From assembly GCA_030867685.1 (NCBI GenBank), contig JAQOWU010000007.1, positions 372,001-436,000 of the forward strand: 64,000 nucleotides of DNA. Direction: 5' to 3'. The notes under the pieces are model-generated. The model saw only the letters and a program-made list of their open reading frames with translations, was not told the origin of the DNA and did not search any database. Both the position numbers and the translations under genes were made by a program. How positions within the stretch are numbered: the stretch's first letter is position 1; the number at the start of each line of letters is the position of its first letter. Below, in pieces: positions 21,263 through 30,401 of the stretch. This stretch comes from Wickerhamiella versatilis. Taxonomy: Eukaryota.

Positions 21263-22612
21263 CTATTTAACTCCTTTGAGTAGGTTTTCTAGCGTGATAG
21301 ACTTAGGACGTTCAATAGGCAAACCAAGAATACGGTCCCATATGACTTGGGTGAGTGGTCCAATTGCTCGCGAAACACCAAACATCACTGTGTAGTAATT
21401 CGTTTCATGAATGCCATAGTGGTGGAAGAGTACACCAGACCCCGAATCCACGTTAGGGAACGGGTTTGATGTCTTGCCATGCTCGGTAAGGACAGCTGGA
21501 GCAATTTCGGAGATATTTCGCACGAGCTTGTATACAGGATCTGCAGAAACTTCTGGATTGGAGTCTGCATAGCCTATAAGTGCTGCAAATCGGGGGTCGG
21601 GACGTCGAAGAACTGCATGTCCGTAACCAGGGATCACTCGACCCGAGTTAAGGATAGACCAAAGGTATTTTACCACATCTTCGCTGGTGTATGTCTCAGG
21701 GATTGATTTTTTCATATCAAGGACAAACCTCAGCACCTCCTGAGCTGCGAGACCGTGCAATGGGCCTGCCAAACCACTCAGACCGGCAGAATATGCCAAA
21801 AATGGATCAGAGAGTGCAGAGCCTACAAGATGGGTAGAGTGGGCACTGACATTTCCACCCTCATGGTCACCATGCAAGGCTGTATAGAGTCGGAGAAGAT
21901 TCACAAATCCCTCGTTAGTGCCATATCCAAGTAATGCTGCATAATTCAAGCTCCAGTCGGCTTTAGGATCGAGATTTCCCGGCAATTCGCCGCCACCCTT
22001 ATAAGTGTTTTGGTATATCCGAGCAGCGACGGCCGGAAGCTTTGCCAATAGCGTCAATACATCGTCGAAGGTGTATTCCCAATAAGATGTCTTAGGAATT
22101 CCTCGCTCGTACGCCTTGGCGAACGTAGACTCGTTGTTAAGAGCGGCAACTGCAGATACGAATTGCGTCATTGGATGCGTGTTCGGAGCTAGGCTCTCAA
22201 GCAGTCTAGTCACATACTCTGGCAATTCACCCCGCTCTGCCAGTAGCTGCGAAAGTTCTGATACCTGCTCTGATGTCGGTACATTTCCAGTTAGTAGCAA
22301 CCAAAACATTGCCTCGGGAAGCATCTCACCTTTTCCTTTGTACTTGGGGAGGAGGGCCTGGCAGTCGGCAATAGTCTTGCCGTGGAAGCGAATGCCCTCA
22401 TTTGCATCGAGCTGAGAGCCTTCCCAAACCATTGACTTGAGGCCACGCATCCCTCCAATAACATTTGATACTTGCAAATCACCTAGAGACTTAGACTTGT
22501 AGTCGGTTTTGAGTTTCTTCAGTAGCTCTATTTTTGCAGGAGCAGCCTCAACAAGCTGTGACTTGAGTGTAGACGTGTATCTCACACCTCCAATGGCTCT
22601 TTTTTGTAACAT
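21263..22612 (-). CDS. CIT3: Mitochondrial 2-methylcitrate synthase (Cit3/McsA)
   Basis: Citrate-synthase fold with LHGDHEGGNVSAH and GLAAQEVL, where citrate synthases have SDHEGG and LANQEVL; Arg-rich presequence. Confidence 0.9.
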   Translation of the reverse strand: MLQKRAIGGVRYTSTLKSQLVEAAPAKIELLKKLKTDYKSKSLGDLQVSNVIGGMRGLKSMVWEGSQLDANEGIRFHGKTIADCQALLPKYKGKGEMLPEAMFWLLLTGNVPTSEQVSELSQLLAERGELPEYVTRLLESLAPNTHPMTQFVSAVAALNNESTFAKAYERGIPKTSYWEYTFDDVLTLLAKLPAVAARIYQNTYKGGGELPGNLDPKADWSLNYAALLGYGTNEGFVNLLRLYTALHGDHEGGNVSAHSTHLVGSALSDPFLAYSAGLSGLAGPLHGLAAQEVLRFVLDMKKSIPETYTSEDVVKYLWSILNSGRVIPGYGHAVLRRPDPRFAALIGYADSNPEVSADPVYKLVRNISEIAPAVLTEHGKTSNPFPNVDSGSGVLFHHYGIHETNYYTVMFGVSRAIGPLTQVIWDRILGLPIERPKSITLENLLKGVK

Positions 22613-22811
22613 ATTAATTATTGTAAACGTGGGAACTGGTTTTCAACATCCTTCATGCGGGGAAACATGGTCTAGGGTTACTATCACCGATCGACGGTAA
22701 TTAGCCTCCTTGAAAGAAGGTATTAACACTTGTATGTTTCCCTATGAATAAAAAACACTCATTTGGATTTGAATTGTTAACAAATATAGACTTCTAGATG
22801 CATAGCTACAT

Positions 22812-24308
22812 CTACAGTGTATAGAGGTCTACATAATTGTCTACATCCATATTTTGAACATTTTCGTCACTGGCAGTCAGAATTGCCTTAACTTTCTCCT
22901 CCGGAAAGCGGCCATTTAGATGGCGCTCGAATTTCTTGAGCAAGGCCGGTGTGCCTTCCGCACGCCGTTTACGATGTCCGATAGGGTAATTCACTTCAAC
23001 GTCATCTAAAACTGTACCATCATTCAAGGTTACCTGCAATGCATTGCCTATGTAACGCTTATCAGGTGCATGGTACTCGGTTGAAAAGCGTTTATCCTCT
23101 ACACACTCCATCTTCGATCGCAATTCATCAACCCGAGGGTCTGCGGCAACCTTGTCCTGATAATCATCAGCAACCAATGTACCTTGAAGCAGGGGTATGG
23201 CTACCATGTACTGTATGCAATGATCGCGGTCAGCGTAGTTATACAATGGACCTGTCTTATCAATGATGCGGAGGGCGGCTTCCTGGGTGCGGATTCGAAC
23301 ATGCTTAATGTCGGCAGCAGATTTTCCGAGCTCAGAAAGCTTTTTATGAACTATCACTGCAGCTTCAACGGCAGTTTGTGCATGGAACTCTGCAGGGAAG
23401 GATATCTTGAAAAGCACGTTTTCCATTACATATGAGCCATACTCACGCTGGAATTTGAATGGCTGTCCCTTGAAAAGGACATCATAGAAGCCCCATGTCT
23501 TGGCTGTGAGAATACTGGGCATACCACCTTCACCACCTTTGACCAGAAGTGCAAGGTTTACCGCTCGGGAGCACGCATCACCAGCAGCCCAGGACTTGCG
23601 GCTCATGGTGTTTGGCGCATGTCTATACGTACGAAGTGACTGTCCATCTACCCATGCTTGAGAAATAGCTGCCATTGTTTCATCGCGTGACAGACCCAAC
23701 ATCTTAGAGACGACTGCCGTTGAGGCAACCTTGACAAGCACTACATGGTCAAGTCCCACCCTATTGAACGAATTTTCAAGGGCAATACATCCCTGGATTT
23801 CGTGTGCTTTAATCATACCCTCAAGCACATCCTTTATCTTGAATACACGGCCCTCCTTACCACCAGTAGCCTTGGCGAGCCGAGTCTGCCAGTCCGCCAC
23901 TGCAAGTATTGCGCCAAGATTATCACTTGGATGACCCCACTCAGCAGCAAGCCAGCAGTCGTTGAAGTCCAGCCAGCGAATTAGGGCACCGATAGAGAAT
24001 GCGCCACGAACTGGGTCGTGTATAAAGGGAGTACCTGGTACCCTCACGCCGTTGGGAACAACCATACCTGAAACAAACGGTTTGACAATCTGATTGGCTT
24101 GTGGATATTTGAGGGCCTCTAGACCACATCCAAGCGTATCAAGAAGGCAGAGGCGGGCTGTTTCCCAGGCCACAGGACTGGTCACTTGAAAGTCATGGAC
24201 ATAATTTGCTATGTCGGCCACTTCTTTATCGTACGATGGTCGTACATTATCCCTGACAATACTCATATAGCGTGCTTGCGTGGGTTTTAAAAGAAGTTGT
24301 CTTAACAT
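22812..24308 (-). CDS. PDH1: 2-methylcitrate dehydratase (PrpD/Pdh1)
   Basis: RWLDFNDCWLAAEWGHPSDN, LRTYRHAPNTMSRKSWAAGDA, FPAEFHAQTA. Confidence 0.96.
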   Translation of the reverse strand: MLRQLLLKPTQARYMSIVRDNVRPSYDKEVADIANYVHDFQVTSPVAWETARLCLLDTLGCGLEALKYPQANQIVKPFVSGMVVPNGVRVPGTPFIHDPVRGAFSIGALIRWLDFNDCWLAAEWGHPSDNLGAILAVADWQTRLAKATGGKEGRVFKIKDVLEGMIKAHEIQGCIALENSFNRVGLDHVVLVKVASTAVVSKMLGLSRDETMAAISQAWVDGQSLRTYRHAPNTMSRKSWAAGDACSRAVNLALLVKGGEGGMPSILTAKTWGFYDVLFKGQPFKFQREYGSYVMENVLFKISFPAEFHAQTAVEAAVIVHKKLSELGKSAADIKHVRIRTQEAALRIIDKTGPLYNYADRDHCIQYMVAIPLLQGTLVADDYQDKVAADPRVDELRSKMECVEDKRFSTEYHAPDKRYIGNALQVTLNDGTVLDDVEVNYPIGHRKRRAEGTPALLKKFERHLNGRFPEEKVKAILTASDENVQNMDVDNYVDLYTL

Positions 24309-24348
24309 AATTAGAGATTACCAATGATCTGACTTTGTGTAACTGCCA

Positions 24349-24404
24349 CCTTTCCCCTTTCCCCTTTCCCTTTCCCTTTCCCTTCCCTTCCCCACTCCCA
24401 CTCC
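24349..24404. repeat. Polypyrimidine (TTTCCC/TTTCCCC)n tract
   Basis: cctttcccctttcccctttccctttccctttcccttcccttccccactcccactcc. Confidence 0.9.
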
Positions 24405-24605
24405 TACCTCAGTCTGCGGGGTACTTGTCGTAGATCGCCGAGACGCGGTTTCTACCGGAGCATGATGGAGAATCATTTATTGATAATTAGAGAAAAAAAG
24501 TGCATGCTTAATACTTTGGTAATGGAGGTCAATATGTGACTCCGAAATTTACGAGGACTTAAGATTATTGATATATTTGCTCTGCGCCATACGATAATAA
24601 ACTTT

Positions 24606-26243
24606 CTAGAACGTATTTTCGGTGGAATCGGACCCTATAGCAGATGTTGCTGATGAGCCAGACATCACGGATGATTGAACGAGATCATAATAATTAGCGC
24701 CCGACCATTTTTGATGCCTTAACATATCGCAGTTAGTGCGCTTTTCCTCGGATTGGATTTGGTCGACATAAGCCTTCATACCTTCAGTGCGGAAGGCTTG
24801 GCTCAGCTTCCATGTTGCCAATGCATTGCTGTGGAGACCTGCAAGTGACACGAGTTGTAACACGAACCCACTCTTGGCAAGTTCCCAAATGAAATCTTTC
24901 ATATCTTGCTCAGTGAACCCCTCGGCGAGCCAATTGAATGATGGCGACAAGTTATATACCAGCCACTTTTCAGGATACTTTTCATGTATTTTGGCTGCAA
25001 AGGACTTTGCCTGCTCCAGATCAGGCCTCTTGGTCTCGAGCCAGAGCATATCAGCGTACGGTGCGAAGGCGAGTGTCCGTTTAAGCGCAGGGTTCATTCC
25101 ATTTCGCACAGGATGATATCCTTCCCGCGTTCGTGGAGCATCCCAATTGAAGTAAATATCTTTGCCTAGAACTTTCCGAGCAGCATTGCGCGCTATAAAG
25201 TTAGATTTTCCTTTGGCCTCTTTGAGATAATCCTCATACCTTTCAGAAAGATTCTGGGATTTTAGTGCATCATGAACAGCTTCATCAAATGTAACCAGCT
25301 TGTGTGACTTCATCCAGTCAGCCTCGAGGCGATTTATTTCTTCCGCACTAGCACCGCGACTCTCAGCATTTATCACAAGGTCCATCAATGGCTCTACTGG
25401 TTCAGTGACTCCAAGAATAAACTCTTGATCGCCGGGATCGACACTTGAAGACAGTAAGCTCGAGGATTCAGAATCTGTTCGGGCAATAATGAGGTTAGAG
25501 GTCCCCATAATATCCCACTGAAACCTAGTGGCAAGAAGACGAGATATGTGCTGCTGGGTAGGTACAATGACTTTTCCAGCTAGATGACCGCATTTTTTAC
25601 CGCCATGCAGCTGGTCTTCAATGTGGATAGCTGCGGCCCCTCTTTCTGCAAACAACTTTGCAAGCTTCATGACGGAGCCTAAGCCACCATGACCAGTGTC
25701 AGCATCAGCTATGATTGGCCTTATGTAGTCAATGTATCCTTGGCGCTTTTTTTCCTCATCAGACAGTTGTGTCCACTCCAACCAAGCTTTTCGGTCATGG
25801 AGTTGTTGTGCCTTGAAAATGCGTTCCACCTGGTTAGGGACTGTATCATAAGGGTAATCACCAAAGTCAGGGCTCACCTCATTGGTAGTGGTTAGCAGAC
25901 TTGAGCATGCCCATCCTGAGATATATGCCACCTCCTGATTCGCTGCACTCTCAGCCATTTGCACAGGATCAACGGAGCCGATGGTGTGGACTGGTAAACG
26001 CTCTTTAAATCTCTGGGAAAACAATGCAAAAAGTTTCTGTGCCTGTAGGTCTGAAGGATATTTTTCAACAAGAGTCCCTCTAAGAGTTGCAATCTTAGCT
26101 CCGTCCCAATTTCGCCGGACTCCCCGGAATCGGTCACTAGCAAACCAAGCATCAATTTCAGTGATTTGTGAGGCTAAATAATTGAGCTCTTCTCCCATAG
26201 TTGGATATGGAAACTTAGAGATTGTGGATACAAACCTTTTCAT
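24606..26243 (-). CDS. ICL2: 2-methylisocitrate lyase (Icl2/MclA)
   Basis: [11 protein letters not shown] and LQLVSLAG; Icl1 has KKCGHM and WQFITLAG. Confidence 0.93.
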   Translation of the reverse strand: MKRFVSTISKFPYPTMGEELNYLASQITEIDAWFASDRFRGVRRNWDGAKIATLRGTLVEKYPSDLQAQKLFALFSQRFKERLPVHTIGSVDPVQMAESAANQEVAYISGWACSSLLTTTNEVSPDFGDYPYDTVPNQVERIFKAQQLHDRKAWLEWTQLSDEEKKRQGYIDYIRPIIADADTGHGGLGSVMKLAKLFAERGAAAIHIEDQLHGGKKCGHLAGKVIVPTQQHISRLLATRFQWDIMGTSNLIIARTDSESSSLLSSSVDPGDQEFILGVTEPVEPLMDLVINAESRGASAEEINRLEADWMKSHKLVTFDEAVHDALKSQNLSERYEDYLKEAKGKSNFIARNAARKVLGKDIYFNWDAPRTREGYHPVRNGMNPALKRTLAFAPYADMLWLETKRPDLEQAKSFAAKIHEKYPEKWLVYNLSPSFNWLAEGFTEQDMKDFIWELAKSGFVLQLVSLAGLHSNALATWKLSQAFRTEGMKAYVDQIQSEEKRTNCDMLRHQKWSGANYYDLVQSSVMSGSSATSAIGSDSTENTF

Positions 26244-26502
26244 GTGTCCTCACCAAAAAAGTGTGGTCTGAAGCTGACTGATGGAGTGTGTGGAGGGGGA
26301 GCAGTTAGGGAAAGTGGAGATATATTAATAATCAACAAATGGCAATCAGACGAATTAGATATTCAGAAAATGAATATATCCCCCGGCAACAAAATCCCGA
26401 AGGCTTCTATAAAACCCTATTTTTCTGCTAGTAATAAAACCTTAACGTTGGAATGTATCTCCGACAGTGTATACATTCCCGAAGGATAGATCCTGTGCTC
26501 CA

Positions 26503-26956
26503 TCGGTTGCCTTGGCAATTGACACTCAAAACTTGTGTAATTAAAGCATCTGCTTGTGTAGCAAGATAACCACCAGGTTATATTTCAAGAGTAATTGGGT
26601 GTTTAAGAAATCGTTCGATTTCTGATTGCGTTTTACTCCAAGCCTCATAATAGCACACAACATCAATTCCAGGGTCATCCTGTTTATATGGGATAGGAAG
26701 GCTTCTACCTGCAAATATTGCACTGATATCGCAATCCATGTCATTCACTATATGCTTCATAGCAGTATAAACCTCTGCGAGGTGCTCATAGTCTGTACCC
26801 GAACCAGTGTGTACCCACAAGCTGCAATTGATATATATCTATAACTTGCAGAGCTTCGTGAATTCTTTCATGCCAAACATTGTGCTTGCTATTCTCACCA
26901 CCTGTGTTAGCTTTCATACTAACAAGTCTCAGATATCGTGGCTGACAAATTATCCA
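26503..26956 (-). pseudogene. lysA: Internal fragment of a gammaproteobacterial-type diaminopimelate decarboxylase
   Basis: Hand translation: SMKANTGGENSKHNVWH...LQLVG [frameshift ~26810] HTGSGTDYEHL...AIFAGRSLPIPY...FLKHPITLEI*PGGYLATQADALITQVLSV. This is collinear with E. coli LysA as recalled (SQKTNTGGENSKHGIW...LQLVGIHMHIGSGVDY...HPVKLEIEPGRFLVAQSGVLITQVRSV). Confidence 0.88.
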
Positions 26957-27102
26957 TGTTCAGTGAGCACAATGTATGCATAAATTAAAAATTTCGATTA
27001 CGGCATATATATGCACATATATGGTTCAAGCTTAGATACAGGAAGCCCAATTATATGATAGGAAAATAGAAATCTTGGCATGAGGGTTAGAAAAGCATAT
27101 TT

Positions 27103-27951
27103 TCAATGTTCGGGAATCACCAGGGGGCCAAGCTGGTCCAAAGATTCTGATCTCACATTCGAATCGTAAGCTGAGAACTGTACGGTACTATCTCTGAATG
27201 CTTTCAGGCACTGAACAGTACCAGCGGTGCCAACAGAACGTACTTCCCTTACTTTTTCAAGATCTACTCGGAATGGGAAAATTTCCTGACGTTCCCCTGA
27301 ACGGTGCATAATCTCACCTTCTGGACCAATCGCTTGTGACATCCCAACTCCAAGCAGTCCGGCACCATTAACATCCACAAAGTAACATTGGTTTACGATA
27401 GCATTTGCCTGGGCTACAACAAGTTCTTGCTTACGGTCTAGAGTAGTCGTCATTAGCGGGTGAAGAATTATTTCGGCACCCATGAACGCCAGTTCCCTTG
27501 ATACCTCGGGTATCATAACGTCATAACATATCAATACCCCAAACCGGCCGATACCTGGTACATCGAAGGTCACAAACTTATCTCCAGGAGTGTATTTGTC
27601 CTCGTATGGAAGCCATGGAAATACTTTTCTATAGCGAGTTACGACAACACCGTCAGGACTTATCACGCTCAGCGTGTTGTAAATACATTCTCCAACTTTT
27701 TCCAGTAAGGTACCTGGAATCAACCAGACATTATTAGCTTTAGCAAGATTGCAGAAGACTTGTTCCGTTGGTCCTGGAAGTGATTCTGCTTTGTCGAAGT
27801 TTTCTCCAAAGCAACAAAGTTCACTGAAGACAATCATTTTAACCCACGGGTATTTTTGCTTGGTTTCTATGATAAGAAGCTTCATTTTTTCCAGGTTGTC
27901 ATACTCTGTCGCATCTAGCTGAACTGCAGCTATGCCGAATGATTTCCCCAT
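27103..27951 (-). CDS. Carbon-nitrogen hydrolase (nitrilase superfamily), bacterial type
   Basis: Catalytic triad contexts VFSEL, YRKVFPW, LICYD. Confidence 0.88.
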   Translation of the reverse strand: MGKSFGIAAVQLDATEYDNLEKMKLLIIETKQKYPWVKMIVFSELCCFGENFDKAESLPGPTEQVFCNLAKANNVWLIPGTLLEKVGECIYNTLSVISPDGVVVTRYRKVFPWLPYEDKYTPGDKFVTFDVPGIGRFGVLICYDVMIPEVSRELAFMGAEIILHPLMTTTLDRKQELVVAQANAIVNQCYFVDVNGAGLLGVGMSQAIGPEGEIMHRSGERQEIFPFRVDLEKVREVRSVGTAGTVQCLKAFRDSTVQFSAYDSNVRSESLDQLGPLVIPEH

Positions 27952-28108
27952 AGCACCCCCCAGCTAGCCTCTAGCTTTGTTTGACAAGCCAAAATGAGTA
28001 ACATTTTAATTACAAATCATAATATACATATATAGTCTTTCATCTTACAACGAAATCCATGATTGAATGGATCAGCTATAAATTGGATATCTCGATTCTA
28101 CTACTTAA

Positions 28109-29620
28109 TCATTTATGGACCACAGCCTCAATCAATTCAGATGAAATGATGTCCAATATTTCGGAATCAAAATCAACTTCCATATAAGTTGAAGGCAGAA
28201 GTTTACCATCGCGAGCAATAACATGTGCTTTGTAGTCTGGTGACTTTTCTTTCACGTACACATCTGTACCGTTGACCTTTGCATCAGGGCCCCAACTAGC
28301 GTTTTGGCCAACTTCAATAGACGACAGCGGGAACTCCAATTTATAACCCTCTGAAACGCTGATTTCACCTGCACTCATTGTACTAACAAACGAATACTCA
28401 TATTCCTCCGTGTGAAGAGCGTCACCATTAACATTAAGCCCTGAACCACCTGATACCGAGAACGCATTAACATCCTTCAATTTTCGCTGAGTTTGTACAT
28501 CGTGTAACTTTGTATGTTGCAACCACTCCACCCGCAACTTTTCTACCTTCTTAGTGGAGTTATTGGTAAAGGTCAGGTCAGCAGAAGCATTGAGATCACG
28601 CGTATTACTGACTATTTCAACACCGGGAAGCTGAAGCTTGAAAGGCTTTTCTGTTACTACAGCTGGATAGCTTAAACCTGTACCCTCAAGATTTGGATCT
28701 TCCCAGGTAAGCAGACTAGCGCTGATTACCCAGTCGCCGTCTGCTCCATTCACCACTATGTTCAAAGGAAGCGGACTTTTCCAAAGTGCAGGAAGGAACG
28801 GCGTAACATCAATAGCATAGTGCGGCTGGTTAAAGCTACGAATGGGCACAATAGGACTCCATAAATGAGGCTCAAAAGTGCCAGGGTTTACCGAAGGATA
28901 CGGGGTGAAGTCCCCTGCAGGCTCGCCATTAAGCAGTACAGACACAAATCGTGTTGGCGAATCACTCTGATACCAATTTTCCTCGCCCTTAATTCCCGAG
29001 ATAAAAATATTGATTACAGCGCGAACAGTTGACCGAGAAAGTTTAGGCACGGCGATTGGTGAATCTTTACTATCGCTAGAAAGAGCTTCAACTCTACTAG
29101 GTGCACCATCATAGAACGACTCTTCAATATTATTAGGTGAATAAAAATATTCTGCTGAGAGCTTGATGCTAATATCTCCCTCGAGTTGCTTTGTCGAGAC
29201 GCTATCAGATAGCACCTTGAGGCTCTGGGCATATGAGAAGAGGGGAGCAAATTCACTGACATCTGCCCTTGATTTCAAACATATAGGCTGGTCATCGGAA
29301 CTGGGTAAGAATAAACGCCAAACTTCGACATCGTCGAACGTTATGCGAGTAAGGCTGTTATCAGCGATCCCGGTACTGTTAAGTTCCAGACTAAGTGTGA
29401 CGTGCGTGAAATTGGCTTCTGGTAATTCAATTGCGACCGATATAGGCTCAGTGAGAGAACCAAAAGTTCCGTTTATCAATGTGTTTTCTGCCACGACCGG
29501 ACCATAGTTTGGAAGCGGGGCTGTTACATCGATCAGTTCATTAGCTGCAGATGTAACGTCAACATCCTTTATAGCGCTGAGACCCCAAAATGGCAAAAGC
29601 TGTTGAATTAGAGAGCGCAT
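28109..29620 (-). CDS. Divergent PNGase A family protein (peptide:N-glycanase A-like), probably secreted
   Basis: DDVEVWR, GEENWY, LWSPIVPIRSF, IDVTPFLP match PNGase A blocks; multiple N-glycosylation sequons. Confidence 0.7.
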   Translation of the reverse strand: MRSLIQQLLPFWGLSAIKDVDVTSAANELIDVTAPLPNYGPVVAENTLINGTFGSLTEPISVAIELPEANFTHVTLSLELNSTGIADNSLTRITFDDVEVWRLFLPSSDDQPICLKSRADVSEFAPLFSYAQSLKVLSDSVSTKQLEGDISIKLSAEYFYSPNNIEESFYDGAPSRVEALSSDSKDSPIAVPKLSRSTVRAVINIFISGIKGEENWYQSDSPTRFVSVLLNGEPAGDFTPYPSVNPGTFEPHLWSPIVPIRSFNQPHYAIDVTPFLPALWKSPLPLNIVVNGADGDWVISASLLTWEDPNLEGTGLSYPAVVTEKPFKLQLPGVEIVSNTRDLNASADLTFTNNSTKKVEKLRVEWLQHTKLHDVQTQRKLKDVNAFSVSGGSGLNVNGDALHTEEYEYSFVSTMSAGEISVSEGYKLEFPLSSIEVGQNASWGPDAKVNGTDVYVKEKSPDYKAHVIARDGKLLPSTYMEVDFDSEILDIISSELIEAVVHK

Positions 29621-29772
29621 AGCAAAAAAAAATTAGCAATAAACAAATCTATCTATTTGATATAAATACAATGAAAATTCTCCGCGGAATAACCCTAACA
29701 TCAACATGATGCTCTAGTCGTTGTATATATATGTAAAATGCGACAAACCAGGACTTGACTATAATCAACTCA

Positions 29773-29794
29773 CAGAATCAGAATCAGAATCAGA
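29773..29794 (+). repeat. Short (CAGAAT)n tandem repeat
   Basis: cagaatcagaatcagaatcaga. Confidence 0.7.
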
Positions 29795-30401
29795 GCCAGA
29801 TCACACACATTATACTATCCAGTATCTATAATAGAGAGATGCGCAGCCATGCCTCGAAATATCTACCACCCTGAAGGTCGAAGTGTGTTGGGAGTTCCCA
29901 TATTACCTAATAATTTAGGGATTCTCGTATTCGCTAAGGTGAAAAATGACAACTGAGTTATTATTTATTATTATGCATCGGCCTGAGTTTTTAGGTTTAA
30001 TAGTGGATCAAGCTATCTTGTAATAGTGATTTGAGCTAAGAAAGGTATCTGAAAACGTTTTCAGAGTTTATATACATAGACATGCTTCTCCTAAGGTAGA
30101 GTAATGCCAGAAGGCTATTTTTTTATTTTTGGATAGTAATCAACAGTTTAGTGCGTTCCATAGCAGTGCATGTGAGTTCCATGACTACCTGAAGCCGAAA
30201 TCCACTTCCCTCCTTGATCATATATGTCAAAATACTCTTTTTTTCGAGAGACAGATAAATATAACTTGGGTAATCGAAAAGTGGAAGAGCACAGCTAAAT
30301 TATCCGCACTAAAAAAAGTATTTAAGTATGATGCAATGTATTCATTGAAGACGTCATCTCCTTATCAAGTTATATGTTTTTGTTAGTCAGATAGGACAAC
30401 A

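Noticed and set aside
27952-27962. G-run upstream of the nitrilase ATG as a relic Shine-Dalgarno site
   Set aside because: GGGGGG is not AGGAGG, and a single instance is uninformative
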